From contig JANJGN010000150.1 in the NCBI GenBank assembly GCA_026770705.1, positions 124,001-188,000 on the forward strand: DNA of 64,000 nucleotides. Reading direction: 5' to 3'. Below, piece by piece: positions 11,401-22,274 of the stretch (position 1 is the first letter of the stretch; each line of letters opens with the position of its first letter). The notes under the pieces were generated by a model. That model saw nothing but the letters and a program-made list of their open reading frames with translations, searched no databases and was not told the DNA's origin. The DNA is from Isurus oxyrinchus. Its lineage: Eukaryota. A program made the position numbers and the translations under genes.

Positions 11401-14400
11401 CCTGGATCAGTCTCAAACACTGTAACTCAGCATGGTGTCACTCTGACCTATACTTCTGTTCTGACCCTGATCCCATCACTCAAACACCACAGACACAATC
11501 TCAGCTGCAGAGTGAGATATCCATCTGTTTCATCGGAGCAGACCCTCGTACTAACTGTACAATGTAAGTATGGACATCCTTCATTATACATTCGCTGGAA
11601 CAGTCTATATTGTGCACAGCAGGATCCCATAGAAAGGTATTCTGATGAGAACCAGATCATCTGTAGTTTAGGGAAAAACACTGACCAGAAAACAGTTAAT
11701 GACAGTTTCTGAACATTAACACTGGAGCTTTTTTTTCCAGCCAAGAAGCTGATAGAGCAGAGCATCATTCACAATATACTAACCCCCTGACAGTGCAGCA
11801 CTCCCTCAGTACTGACCGCCTGACAGTGCAGCACTCCCTCAGTACTGACCGCCTGACAGTGCAGCACTCCCTCAGTACTGATCCTCCAACAGTGCAGCAA
11901 TCCCTCAGTACTGACCCTCCAACAGTACAGAACTCCCTCAGCACTGACCCTCTGACAGTGTAGCACTCCCTCAGTACTGACCCTCTGACAGTGCAGCACT
12001 CCCTCAGTACTGACCTGCTGAAATTGCAGCTCTCCCTCAGTACTGACCCTCTGACATTGCAGCACTCCCTCAGTACTGACCCTCTGACAGTGCAGCACTG
12101 CCTCAGTACTGACCCTCCAATAATGAAACAATCCCTCAGTACTGACTCTCCGACAGTGCAGCACTCCTTCACTGCTAACCCTCCAACTCTGCAGTGCTCC
12201 CTCAGGACTGAAAATCCAACATTTCATATCTCCCTCCTGACTGACCCTCTGAAAATACAACAGATCCTCGGTCGAGTCCTTCAAACAGTGCTGCACTTCC
12301 ACAGTACTGAATCTCCCCCCCACCCACAGTGCAGCACTTCCACAGTACTGAACCTCTGACAGTGCAGCACTCCCTCAGTACTGACCCTCCCACCTGCAGC
12401 ACTCCCTCAGTACTGACCCTCCCACATGCAGCACTCCCTCAGTACTGACCCTCCCACATGCAGCATTCCCTCAGTACTGACCCTCCCACATGCAGCACTC
12501 ACTCAGTACTGACCCTCCCACAGTGCAGCACTCCCTCAGTACTGACCATCCCACATGCAGCACTCACTCAGTACTGACCCTCCCACAGTGCAGCATTCCC
12601 TCAGTACTGACCCTCCCACATGCAGCACTCACTCAGTACTGATCCTCCCACAGTGCAGCACTCCCTCAGTACTGACCCTCCCACATGCAGCACTCACTCA
12701 GTACTGACCCTCCCACAGTGCAGCACTCCCTCAGTACTGACCCTCCCACATGCAGCACTCCCTCAGTACTGACCCTTTGACAGTGCTGCACTACCTCACT
12801 ATTGGCTTTAAACTAAATAGTGTGTGGGGCGAATGTTTCTGGAGAGGGTATATGTACAGTTACAAACCAAAAGGATTTATTAGCATTGCAGGATAGCTGT
12901 TTTGGCAATGATACCCAGTGTGTGACAGGAAGGGACACAGTGTCCAAACATAAAAATACATCAGCAAATAGTGTCAGAGGGGGGGAAATGATAAAAAGAC
13001 AAAATTAATGGCTCTTTACTTAAATGCACAATGTATTTGGAATGCTGACCTTTATTTCAAAGGGAATGGAGTATAAAAATAGGGAAGTCTTGCTAAAACT
13101 TTACAAGGCACTAGTTAGACCACACCTAGAATACTGTGAGCAGTTTTGGTTCCCTTATCTAAGGAAAGATGTACTGGCATTGGAGGCAGTCCAGAGAAGG
13201 TTCACTAGGTTGATCCCAGTAATGGAGGGATTTTCATATGAGGAGAGGTTGAGTAGGATGGGCCTGTACTCATTGGAGTTTAGGAGAATGAGAGCTGACC
13301 TTATTGAAACATATAAGATTCTTAGGGCGCTTGACAGGGTAGATGCTGACAGGTTGTTTCCCCCTGTGGGAGAGTCTAGGACCAGAGGGCATAATTTCAG
13401 AGTAAGGGGTCACCCATTTAAGACAGAGATGAGGAGTTTCTTCTCTCAGAGGGTAGTGAATGTGTGGAATTCTTTACTGCAGAGAGCTGCAGAGGCTGGG
13501 TCATTAATTATATTCAAGGCTGAGAGACACAGTTTTTTAATCAGTCAGGGAATCAAAGGCTATGGGGAAGAGGCAGGAAAGTGAAGTTGAGGATTGTCAG
13601 ATCAGCCATGGTGTCATTGAATGGCGGAGCAGAGTTGATTGGCCGAATGGCCTCCTTCTGCTCTGACGTCTTGTGGTCTTATGGTCTTATCACCCTCCAA
13701 CAGTGCAGAGCTCCCTAATTACTGACCCTCCGACAGTGCAGCACTCCCTCAGTACTGACCCTCTGACAGTGCAGCACTCACTCAGTACTGACCCTCCGAC
13801 AGTGCAGCACTCCCTCAGTACTGACCCTCCAACAGTGCAGAGCTCCCTAATTACTGACCCTCCAACAGTGCAGCACTCCCTCAGTACTGACCCTCCGACA
13901 GTGCAGCATTCCCTAAGTACTGACCCTCCGAGAGTGCAGCACTCCCTAAGTACTGACCCTCCAACAGTGCAGCACTGCCTCAATACTGACCCTCCAACAG
14001 TGCAGCACTGCGTCAATACTGACCCTCCAACAGTGCAGCACTCCCTCAGTGCTGACCCTCCGACAGTGCAGCACTCCCTCACTACTGACCCTCCGTCAGA
14101 GCAGAGCTCCTAATTACTGACCCTCCAACAGTGCAGCACTCCCTCAGTACTGACCCTCCAACAGTGCAGCACTCCCTCACTACTGACCCTCTGACCGTGC
14201 AGCACTCCCTAAATACTGACACTCTGACAGTGCAGCACTCCCTCAGTATTGACCCTCCGACAGTGCAGAGCTCCCTCAGTATTGACCCTCCGACAGTGCA
14301 GAGCTCCCTAATTACTGACCCACCGACAGTGCAGCACTCTTTCAGTTCTGACCCTCCGACAGTGCAACACTACCTCAGTACTGACCATCCAACAGTGCAG

Positions 14401-15798
14401 AGCTCCCTAATTACTGACCCTCCGACAGTGCAGCACTCCCTCAGTACTGACCCTCCGACAGTGCAGCACTCCCTCAGTATTGATCCTCCGACAGAGCAAC
14501 ACTACCTCAGTACTGTCCCACCGACAGTGCAGCACTCCCTCAGTACTGATCCTCCAACAGTGCAACTCTCCCTCAGTACTGTCCCACCGACAGTGCAGCT
14601 CTCCCTCAGTACTGACCCTCTGACAGTGCAGAACTCCCTCAGTACTGATCCTCCGACAGTGCAACACTCCCTCAGTACTGTCCCACTGACAGTGTAGCAC
14701 TCCCTCAGTACTGATCCTCCGACAGTTCAACACTCCCTCAGTACTGTCCCACCGACAGTGCAGCTCTCCCTCAGTACTGACCCTCCGACAGTGCAGCACT
14801 CCCTCAGTACTGATCCTCCGACAGTGCAACACTCCCTCAGTACTGTCCCACTGACAGTGTAGCACTCCCTCAGTACTGATCCTCTGACAGTTCAACACTC
14901 CCTCAGTACTGTCCCACCGACAGTGCAGCTCTCCCTCAATACTGACCCTCCAACAGTGCACCACTCCATCAGTACTGAACCTTCAACAGTGCAGCACTCC
15001 CTCAGTACTGATCCTCCAACAGTGCAGCACTCCATCAGTACTGATTCTCCGACAGTGAAGTCCTCGCTCAGTACTGACTATGCGGCAGTGAAGCTTTCAC
15101 AGTACCCACCCACCATCAGTACAGCAGGTCCTCAGTACTCACCCTCCAACAGGGCAGCACTCCCTCAGTACTGACCCTCCAACAGTGCAGCACTCCCTCA
15201 GTACTGAACTGAAGAGTCTGCCTGAATTATGTGCTTTGTGGTGAAGGATTGATATTACACCTTTAACATTGTCAGGGTCTCTGAAAGTGCTTCACAGTCA
15301 ATGTAAGTAACTGATCTTTATTTGTTTTTAGATGCACCACAGAATCTCTCAATTACTTTTCATGATATGATTAACGCTTCATCGATCAATATAATTGAGG
15401 GGAATTCTGCAGTGATAATCTGCTCTGTCGAGAGCTTCCCAGCTTCTAACCTGACGTGGCGACATCTTAATGTCCCAATGAACAGAACAAGTTCCAACAA
15501 TGAGCTGTGGTTGGTGATTCCTCACGTTACATCCAGAGACACTGGAGACTATCAGTGTGTGGCAGAGAATGAACATGGAGCAGTGGAGGGGTTCATAACC
15601 ATCACTGTAGAACGTGAGTTAACACAAATTGCAATAACACTCCTCTCACATGCAGACGCACACACACACACATAGACATACACATGCACACACACTCACT
15701 CATGAACAGATGTATACAAACAGGCACACGCACACATGCGCAAACACATACACACACACACACGCACAAACAAACACACTCACATGTGCAGAAACACG

Positions 15799-15843
<45 letters not shown>

Positions 15844-18800
15844 ACACACACACACATGTGTGAGGTTCACTCTCCTCTCTCAGGGCTGCACTGGAGTCTC
15901 GGTGTCAGCCCTGAATCTGTGTTGAAGGAAGGTAAACTCCAGATCAACAAGACCCTGAATTGGATGAGCAACCTCCTGAACAGTGAATTGTAGATTTACC
16001 CCTCAGTGCTCCATCAATCAAATACAATTCATTGCCTGTCAAGCCCTTGGCGAATTCCTGAGGATGTGAATGGAACTTTCTTTCATTCTAGATTGACAGC
16101 ACCTCAACTGGTGGGGGAATGCAACTGCAGTGTGACAGTTTACATAGGCAGTGTCCATTATAAATGTGACAGAGGAACTTATTCTGAGGAAAGGTGCCTG
16201 GAAATGCATTCAGACATCAGATACAAAGAGATGATACATGGAGTCTTGCTGTGCACTGTGCTTGCTCACTCTAAAATCTTTATATGTTTATAGGCGCACC
16301 ACAGAATCTCTCATTTACTTCGCTTGAAATGATTAATGCTTCATCGATCAATATAATTGAGGGGAATTCTGCAGTGATAATCTGCTCTGTCGAGAGCTTC
16401 CCAGCTTCTAACCTGACGTGGCGACATCTTAATGTCCCAATGAACAGAACAAGTTCCAACAATGAGCTGTGGTTGGTGATTCCTCACGTTACATCCAGGG
16501 ACACTGGAGACTATCAGTGTGTGGCAGAGAATGAACATGGAGCAGTGGAGGGGTTCATAACCATCACTGTGGAACATTAGTTACACAGAATTCAACATTC
16601 TGTTTTTATTAGCTCATGGGATGTGGGTAGTGTTGACAAGACCAGAAATCATTGCCCATCTGTAACTGCCCCTTGAGAAGGTGGTGGTGAGCTGCCTTCT
16701 TTAACCACTGCAGTCCATGTGGTGTACGCACACCCACAGTGCTGTTAGGGTGGGAGTTCCAGGATTTTGACCCAACGACGGTGAAGGAATGGCCGATATA
16801 GTTCCAAGTCCCAGGGCAGACCACCACCTCATGTTCACCTCCAAGTCACACACCACACTGACTAGGAACTGTCTCGGTGGAAGAGGTTAAGGGTTTGGAA
16901 GGTGCTGTCGAAGGAGCCTTTGTGAGTTGCTGCAGTGCATCTTGTAGATGGTGCACACTGCTGCCACTGTGTGCCAGTGGTGGAGGGTATGAATGTTTAT
17001 GCTGGTGGATGGGCTGTCGATCAAACAAGCTGCTCCTGGATGGTGTCGAGCTTCTTGAGTGTTGTTGGAGCTGCACTCATCCAGCCAAGTGGAGATTATT
17101 CCATCAGACTCCTGACTTGTGCCTTGTCGATGGTGGACAGGCTTTGGGGAGTCAGGAGGTGAGTTATTCACCGCAGAGTTCCCAGCCTCTTACCCGCATT
17201 TGTAGCCACATTATTTCCTGTTGCCGGGCTGTTGCCAGGGCCAATAGCCTTTGCTGTATCCAGTATCATCAGCTGATTCCTGATGTCACGTGGAGTCAAT
17301 CGAATTGTCTGAAAGCTGACATCTGTGATGCTGGGACCCTCTGGAGGAGGCCGAGATGGAGCATCCACTCAGCACTTCTGGCTGAACATGGTTGCCAATG
17401 CTTCAGCCTTGTCGTTTGCACTGATGTGCTGAGCTCCCCCATCATTAAGGATGGGGATATTTGTGGAACATCCTCCTCCTGTTAGATCTTTAATTGTCCA
17501 TCACCATTCATGACTGGATGTGGCAGGACTGCAGAGCTTAGATCTGACCCGTTGGTTGTGGGATCGCTTTGCTCTGTCTATAGCATGTTGTTTCCGCTGT
17601 TTGGTGTGTATGTAGTCCTGTGTGTCACCTCAGCAGCTTGGCACCTCTGTTATATGTGAATCCTCCTTATAGAAACCTGCATGTACATGGATATTATCAA
17701 TAAATATTACATAGATAAATGTTGTTTGTATAGACCTTTCATGCATAGACAATATCACTTCACAAGTTCAGAATTACTACATGTACATAGGGAACCATTC
17801 TCAAACTGTACCGGAGTCATTCATTGGCTGATTTTACAGGGCGAGATTCCAATGAATGGAAAGCAGGATTGCTTGGACCGGGAATCTGTTTGAGTGTTGG
17901 ACTGAGTGGATTCTTCATCTTCAATTGTGTGAGAAAGTAAGTGTGAAGCTTTAATTGGTTGTTTTTGAACATGTTTTCTTCAAACTTCTCTCCTTATAGA
18001 AAGAACTTGCATTTCTATAACACCTTTTAGAATCGAAAACCCTTCACAGCCCCTGAAGAGCTTTGATGTTCACTCATTGTTTAACATCTCATCCAACACT
18101 CAATGTTTCACAATTCAGTCCTGTAACAGGCAGTGTTGACCTGGACCATAAAATACCTTGTGACTTCCTGAGGATGTGAAAGGGGATATATAAATGAAGA
18201 CATTTCTTTTGTTAGTGAATGCAATCTCTTTCCATTTTCAGTGTCTAACTCACTCTCTCTTACCTCCACTAATGCTCTCCTTCTCATTCTCTCTCTCTCT
18301 CATTCACTCTCTCCCCAATCTCCACTAATGCTCTCCTTCTCATTCTCTCTCTCTCTCATTCACTCTCTCCCCAATCTCCACTAATGCTCTCCTTCTCATT
18401 CTCTCTCTCTCTCATTCACTCTCTCTCCAATTTCCACTAATGCTCTACTTCTCATTCTTTCTCTCGTCCTCTTACACAATGTTCAGTATCTCACATTTTT
18501 AAGGAGCGCTGAGCAACATCTGCTCCTTCAGAAGATCCACCTCAACACCTGGAGCAAGCAGTGAATTGAAACTCGCTCACCAACTGCTCAGCTTTACACA
18601 GGAATCACGTCACAGAGTCAGGACACAAAGGGTTAACAGTTTGCTTACAACACAACACTAAGGCCCTACGTTTCAGTGAAAGGGTTTTCACAATTGTTCC
18701 CCAATTCCTCATTTTGTCTCACAGAGACACATCAACCCTTTCTCATTAAATACACAGAGGGAGCAGCACAGGAAGAGGTCATTCAGCCCAGTCAGAGCGT

Positions 18801-20544
18801 GTGGGCAGTTCCTCCCCAGGCGAGCAGTCGGACAGGTACTGGGTAAGTAACGGAACGATTGGAATTCACTTCCACCACCAACACCGTCCTTTGTTGATGT
18901 TGTGACTTTATAAAGACAGATTCCAATGATTGATGCCTTTGAAAGATTTCTATTGATTATTGAGATCTGGGTGTGAGGCTCAGGTCTGTTGTACAGAACA
19001 TCTTTCTGGGTAAATTGTGCAGACAGGTTACACACAGTCTACAATTATATTCCCTCGGGTCTAGAAGATTAAGGAGTGATCTAACTGAGGGGTTCAAAAT
19101 GATTAAACACTCGATAGGGTCGATAGAGAGAAGCTATTCCCATGGGTGGGGGTGGTTGGTGGGGGTCGGGTGGAGTCCAGAACAAGGGGGCTGGAACTTC
19201 AGATTGGAGCCAGGCCGTTCAGGGGTGATGTCAGGAAGCACATCTTCACACAAAGGGGAGTGGAAATCTGGAACTTTCTCCCCAATAATCAAACCCAACA
19301 CCGAATACACATCATGTTGATTGTCACTCTGTCCATTTCCATCTCTATTACAGAAGAGAGGCGAGGGGAAAGCAGGAATCAAAACGAACCACCGTGTTGA
19401 TGAATATCGAGGTCCTGTTTATGAAAACTGTGAGCGTGGTTGGGCTTTGAGGAATCAGGTGAGTCACACACCACAGGATCCCCAGCCTCTCAGCTGCTCC
19501 AGTAGCCTGGTTATTGATATGGCTGCTCCAGTCCTGTATCTGCAATGTTTTATACAGTCACTCCCAAACCCAACCAAACTCACACCCAACACCATTCAGA
19601 ATCAATAATCAAACCCCGTTCAGTATCAATAATCAAACCCCGTTCAGAATCAATAATCAAACCCCGTTCAGTATCAATAATCAAACCCCATTCAGAATCA
19701 ATAATCAAACCCCGATCAGAATCAATAATCAAACCCCGTTCAGAATCAATAATCAAACCCCGTTCAGTATCAATAATCAAACCCCGTTCAGAATCAATAA
19801 TCAAACCCCGTTCAGAATCAATAATCAAACACTGTTCAGAATCAATAATCAAACCCCGTTCAGAATCAATAATCAAACACCGTTCAGAATCAATAATCAA
19901 ACACCGTTCTGTATCAATAATCAAACCCCGTTCAGAATCAATAATCAAAACCCATTCAGTTTCAATAATCAAACCCCGTTCAGTATCAATAATCAAACCC
20001 CGTTCAGAATCAATTATCGAACCCTGTTCAGTTTCAATAATCAAACCCCGTTCAGAATCAATAATCAAACCCCGTTCAGAATCAATTATCAAAACCTGTT
20101 CAGAATCAATAATCAAACTCCGTTCAGAATCAATAATCAAACCCCGTTCAGAATCAATTATCAAAACCTGTTCAGAATCAATAATCAAACTTCGTTCAGA
20201 ATCAATAATCAAACCCCGTTCAGAATCAATAATCAAACCCCGTTCAGAATCAATAATCAAACTCCGTTCACTATCAATAATCAAACCCCGTTCAGTATCA
20301 ATAATCAAACCCTGTTCAGTATCAATAATTAATGTATCTATTGTGGGTGGAATTTTCGATTTGGATCAATAATACTAAACACTGATCACTCTGATTGTCA
20401 CTCTGATCATTTCTGTTTCTATTACAGAAGAAAGATGAGAAGGATCTGGAAATGAAATCTAACCGCGGAGTCAGTCCTGATACAGATGATGATCTTTACG
20501 CAAACTGTGATTTTGCCAAGGATTCTGTTTATGGGAATTTATAA
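8425..20544 (+). CDS. Siglec-like gene A (spliced CDS). Membrane form join(8425-8464,10498-10866,11267-11563,15332-15613,17840-17936,18758-18842,19354-19458,20428-20544), 463 aa; alternative secreted form ends in exon 16294-16580, 424 aa
   Basis: All junctions are AG/GT with compatible phases (1,1,1,1,2,0,0). V domain has Siglec hallmarks (SCVQIPC, DCSL, YFFRIE); C2 domains, TM and a Tyr-motif tail follow. Confidence 0.85.
9954..10245 (+). mobile_element. tRNA-derived SINE with 35-bp flanking duplication
   Basis: tRNA-like head; flanked by AGACACTGTkTTGGGTGGAAGACTGGCTTCACTAA at 9919-9953 and 10246-10280; absent from paralogous introns of B and C. Confidence 0.75.
10498..10866 (+). CDS. Gene A V-set sialic-acid-binding domain exon
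   Basis: 369 nt, ctccccAG|...TCTG|GTAAGT; [28 protein letters not shown] with essential Arg (AGG 10803-10805). Confidence 0.95.
11267..11563 (+). CDS. Gene A C2-set domain 1 exon
   Basis: 297 nt; [10 protein letters not shown]...VSCTFNTTC...LTW...SVLTLIP...LSCRV; extra Cys (TTC) typical of the Siglec V-C2 interdomain bond. Confidence 0.95.
11785..12800 (+). repeat. 33-bp tandem array (CAGTACTGACCCTCCGACAGTGCAGCACTCCCT)n
   Basis: Head-to-tail units without spacers; same family at ~5100-5345, 7440-7530, 23430-23705, 30143-30595, 37105-37335. Confidence 0.95.
13027..13690 (+). mobile_element. CR1-type LINE 3' fragment (RT C-terminus plus 3'UTR)
   Basis: LYKALVRPHLEYC...VQRRFTRLIP...SYEERL...DLIETYKIL...RTRGH...FFSQRVVNVWNSL. 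Confidence 0.92.
13690..15210 (+). repeat. 33-bp tandem array
   Basis: About 45 units of the same repeat. Confidence 0.95.
15332..15613 (+). CDS. Gene A C2/I-set domain 2 exon
   Basis: 282 nt; YAPQNL...ICSVESFPASNLTW...DTGDYQCVAENEHG; tttttAG| acceptor, |GTGAGT donor. Confidence 0.93.
16294..16580 (+). CDS. Gene A duplicated C2 exon, donor lost, ends in in-frame TAG (terminal exon of a putative secreted isoform)
   Basis: Near-identical to 15332-15613; intact acceptor tttatAG|; end reads GAA CAT TAG instead of GAA C|GTGAG. Confidence 0.75.
16600..17650 (-). mobile_element. CR1/L2-group LINE fragment (antisense)
   Basis: Decayed AQVRS.MEYSPLGWMSAAPTTLKKLDTIQ motif and tail, shared with 32090-32410 and 43130-44190. 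Confidence 0.8.
17699..17704 (+). terminator. Candidate intronic poly(A) signal for the secreted isoform
   Basis: First AATAAA I find after the 16580 stop, and it lies before the TM exon. Confidence 0.35.
17840..17936 (+). CDS. Gene A transmembrane exon (RRDSNEWKAGLLGPGICLSVGLSGFFIFNCVRK)
   Basis: 97 nt, ttttacAG|...GAGAAA|GTAAGT; same length, phases and homology as gene C TM exon 47934-48030. Confidence 0.85.
18265..18460 (+). repeat. ~56-bp CT-rich tandem repeat, about 3.5 copies
   Basis: CTCCACTAATGCTCTCCTTCTCATTCTCTC... repeated. Confidence 0.85.
18758..18842 (+). CDS. Gene A cytoplasmic exon 1 (KGSSTGRGHSAQSERVGSSSPGEQSDRYW), a copy of the 5'UTR-exon module
   Basis: 85 nt, open, phase 2 to 0, exactly bridging TM exon and next exon; acacAG| acceptor, |GTAAGT donor. 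Confidence 0.6.
19354..19458 (+). CDS. Gene A cytoplasmic exon 2 (KRGEGKAGIKTNHRVDEYRGPVYENCERGWALRNQ)
   Basis: 105 nt, ctattacAG|...CAG|GTGAGT; VYEN motif. Confidence 0.75.
19590..20330 (+). repeat. 24-bp minisatellite (TTCAGAATCAATAATCAAACCCCG)n, about 30 copies
   Basis: 8-aa periodic ORFs on both strands. Confidence 0.97.
20428..20544 (+). CDS. Gene A last coding exon (KKDEKDLEMKSNRGVSPDTDDDLYANCDFAKDSVYGNL*)
   Basis: ctattacAG| acceptor; LYANC and C-terminal ITIM-consensus SVYGNL; TAA 20542-20544; AATAAA at 21316 and 21484. Confidence 0.78.
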   Translation, partial: KKDEKDLEMKSNRGVSPDTDDDLYANCDFAKDSVYGNL

Positions 20545-21658
20545 ACTGAGCAAGAATGAGACACACACAGTGTGGGGAGAATACAGAACGGGAGAATCAT
20601 TCAAAACTCCAATTTACCTTCCTAATATCCACAGGAACTCACTCCCAGGAAATAGATTTAAACCTCTTGTTACAAACTGATGGAATTTCTTTGGAATGAT
20701 CTATCCAGGATGATTGTCTGTGGGTTTCAATTCGAACATCCTCCTTCAGAATTGTCCCTCACTGTTGGAAACATCCTTCTCTCCATTCTGATTGTAAATG
20801 TCTTTAGATATCGTTCGATGATGTACCAGGACAGAACGGACAAATTCAATCCCGTGTCCGTGATTGAGTTAATTTTCATTCTGTTATTCACCTTCCTGTC
20901 TGTCAGTGTTTACAGAATATTCATCAGCCAGTGTAGACTTCAGGAAATGCAGGATCGGTGGATAATTGGACCAGAGGAGATAGGCAAAATTTGCACACCA
21001 TTTTGTAGTCAAATGTATTTTCAGATATATATTTGGATTTTCCACTTCATCGTTAAACAGCAAAACAAACAAGAATCTGGGAAACAGGGAAACAATTTGT
21101 TTGGAGATTTGAGAAATTCTCTGCAGCTCAGAGGATAACAGATGTGCTACAGTGCCACCACTGGTAGGAGGACATCATTTCAGCGTGACATGTTTACATT
21201 CATGTTGCCAATGAACATTGAAAACTATGATGTGAAAAATTGTTTGCAGGTTTATCTTCTTCAGTATGTCATGGATGGATGAGACAGCTTTGATAACAGA
21301 ATGAGATATAGCTGCAATAAACCACCATTTTAGTCTTTCACACTTGGAGAGTACAATGAGCATCCATCCTGAAGGCTGAGTGGATGGGTGGACTTTGCGA
21401 TGTGTTACAGATTACAGAGACCAACATACTTGATCCTGGTTCCGCTCTGTGTTTGATGAGATACTTGATTCAAAGATTGGGAAAATAAATAATCCTCCTG
21501 CATTGATCTGTAACTGGTCATTTTCTCTGTTAATGAGGTGAGGACAGATTTGGGTTCGAGGTCCAAAATCAGACACATGCTTTGACTGCCCATTGACTCG
21601 GAACAGGAGGAGGCCATTCAGCCCCCTCGAGCCTGCTACACAGGAACAAGAGGGCACC

Positions 21659-21875
21659 TGAAATAAAAACAGAAAATGCTGGAGAAACTGAGTAGGACTG
21701 GCAGCATCTGTGCAGAGATAAACAGAATTAACATTTCGAGTCCGTATGACCCTTCTTCAGAGTCTCAAAGCAAAAACTCTGTTTCTCTCTCCACAGCTGC
21801 TGCCAGACTTGCTGAGTTAATGCAGCATTTTCTGTTTTTAGTTCAGATTTACAGCATCTGCAGTATTTATTTTCA
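21659..21875. mobile_element. Fold-back Penelope-LTR-derived element
   Basis: AAAACAGAAAATGCTG...CAGCATTTTCTGTTTT inverted arms; minus strand carries CTGAAGAAGGGTCATACGGACTCGAAAT. Confidence 0.65.
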
Positions 21876-21879
21876 ATGA

Positions 21880-22270
21880 GAGGAGGACATTCAGCCCCTC
21901 GAGCCTGTTACACAGGAACAGGAGGAGGCCCATTCTGTCCCCTTGAGCCAGTTACACAGGAACAGGAGGAGGCCCATTCTATCCCTTTGAACCTGTTACA
22001 CAGGAACAGGAGGAGGCCCATTCTGTCCCCTCGAGCCTGTTACACAGGAACAGGAGGAGGCCCATTCTGTCCCCTTGAGCCAGTTACACAGGAACAGGAG
22101 GAGGCCCATTCACCCTCCTCGAGCCGGTTACACAGGAACAGGAGGAGGCCCATTCTGTCCCCTTGAGACTGTTACACAGGTACAGGAGACCCATTCAGTC
22201 TCCACCACCTTGTTACACAGGAACATTAGGGGCTCCATTCAGCCACTCAAGCCTGTTCCACATGAACGGG
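21880..22270 (+). repeat. ~43-bp tandem repeat (ACACAGGAACAGGAGGAGGCCCATTC...GAGCCTGTT)n; also ~7620-7775 and 23130-23300
   Basis: Direct tandem units. Confidence 0.9.
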
Positions 22271-22274
22271 AACA

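Noticed and set aside
11785-15210. CRISPR-like appearance of the 33-bp arrays
   Set aside because: Units are head-to-tail with no unique spacers, there are no cas genes, and the context is vertebrate introns
18500-18605. Alternative cytoplasmic exon 1 for gene A (RSTSTPGASSELKLAHQLLSFTQ)
   Set aside because: No GT donor at the required position; only weak similarity to gene C's exon
19514-20372. 272/275-aa repetitive ORFs (PFRINNQT)n
   Set aside because: 24-bp intronic minisatellite open on both strands
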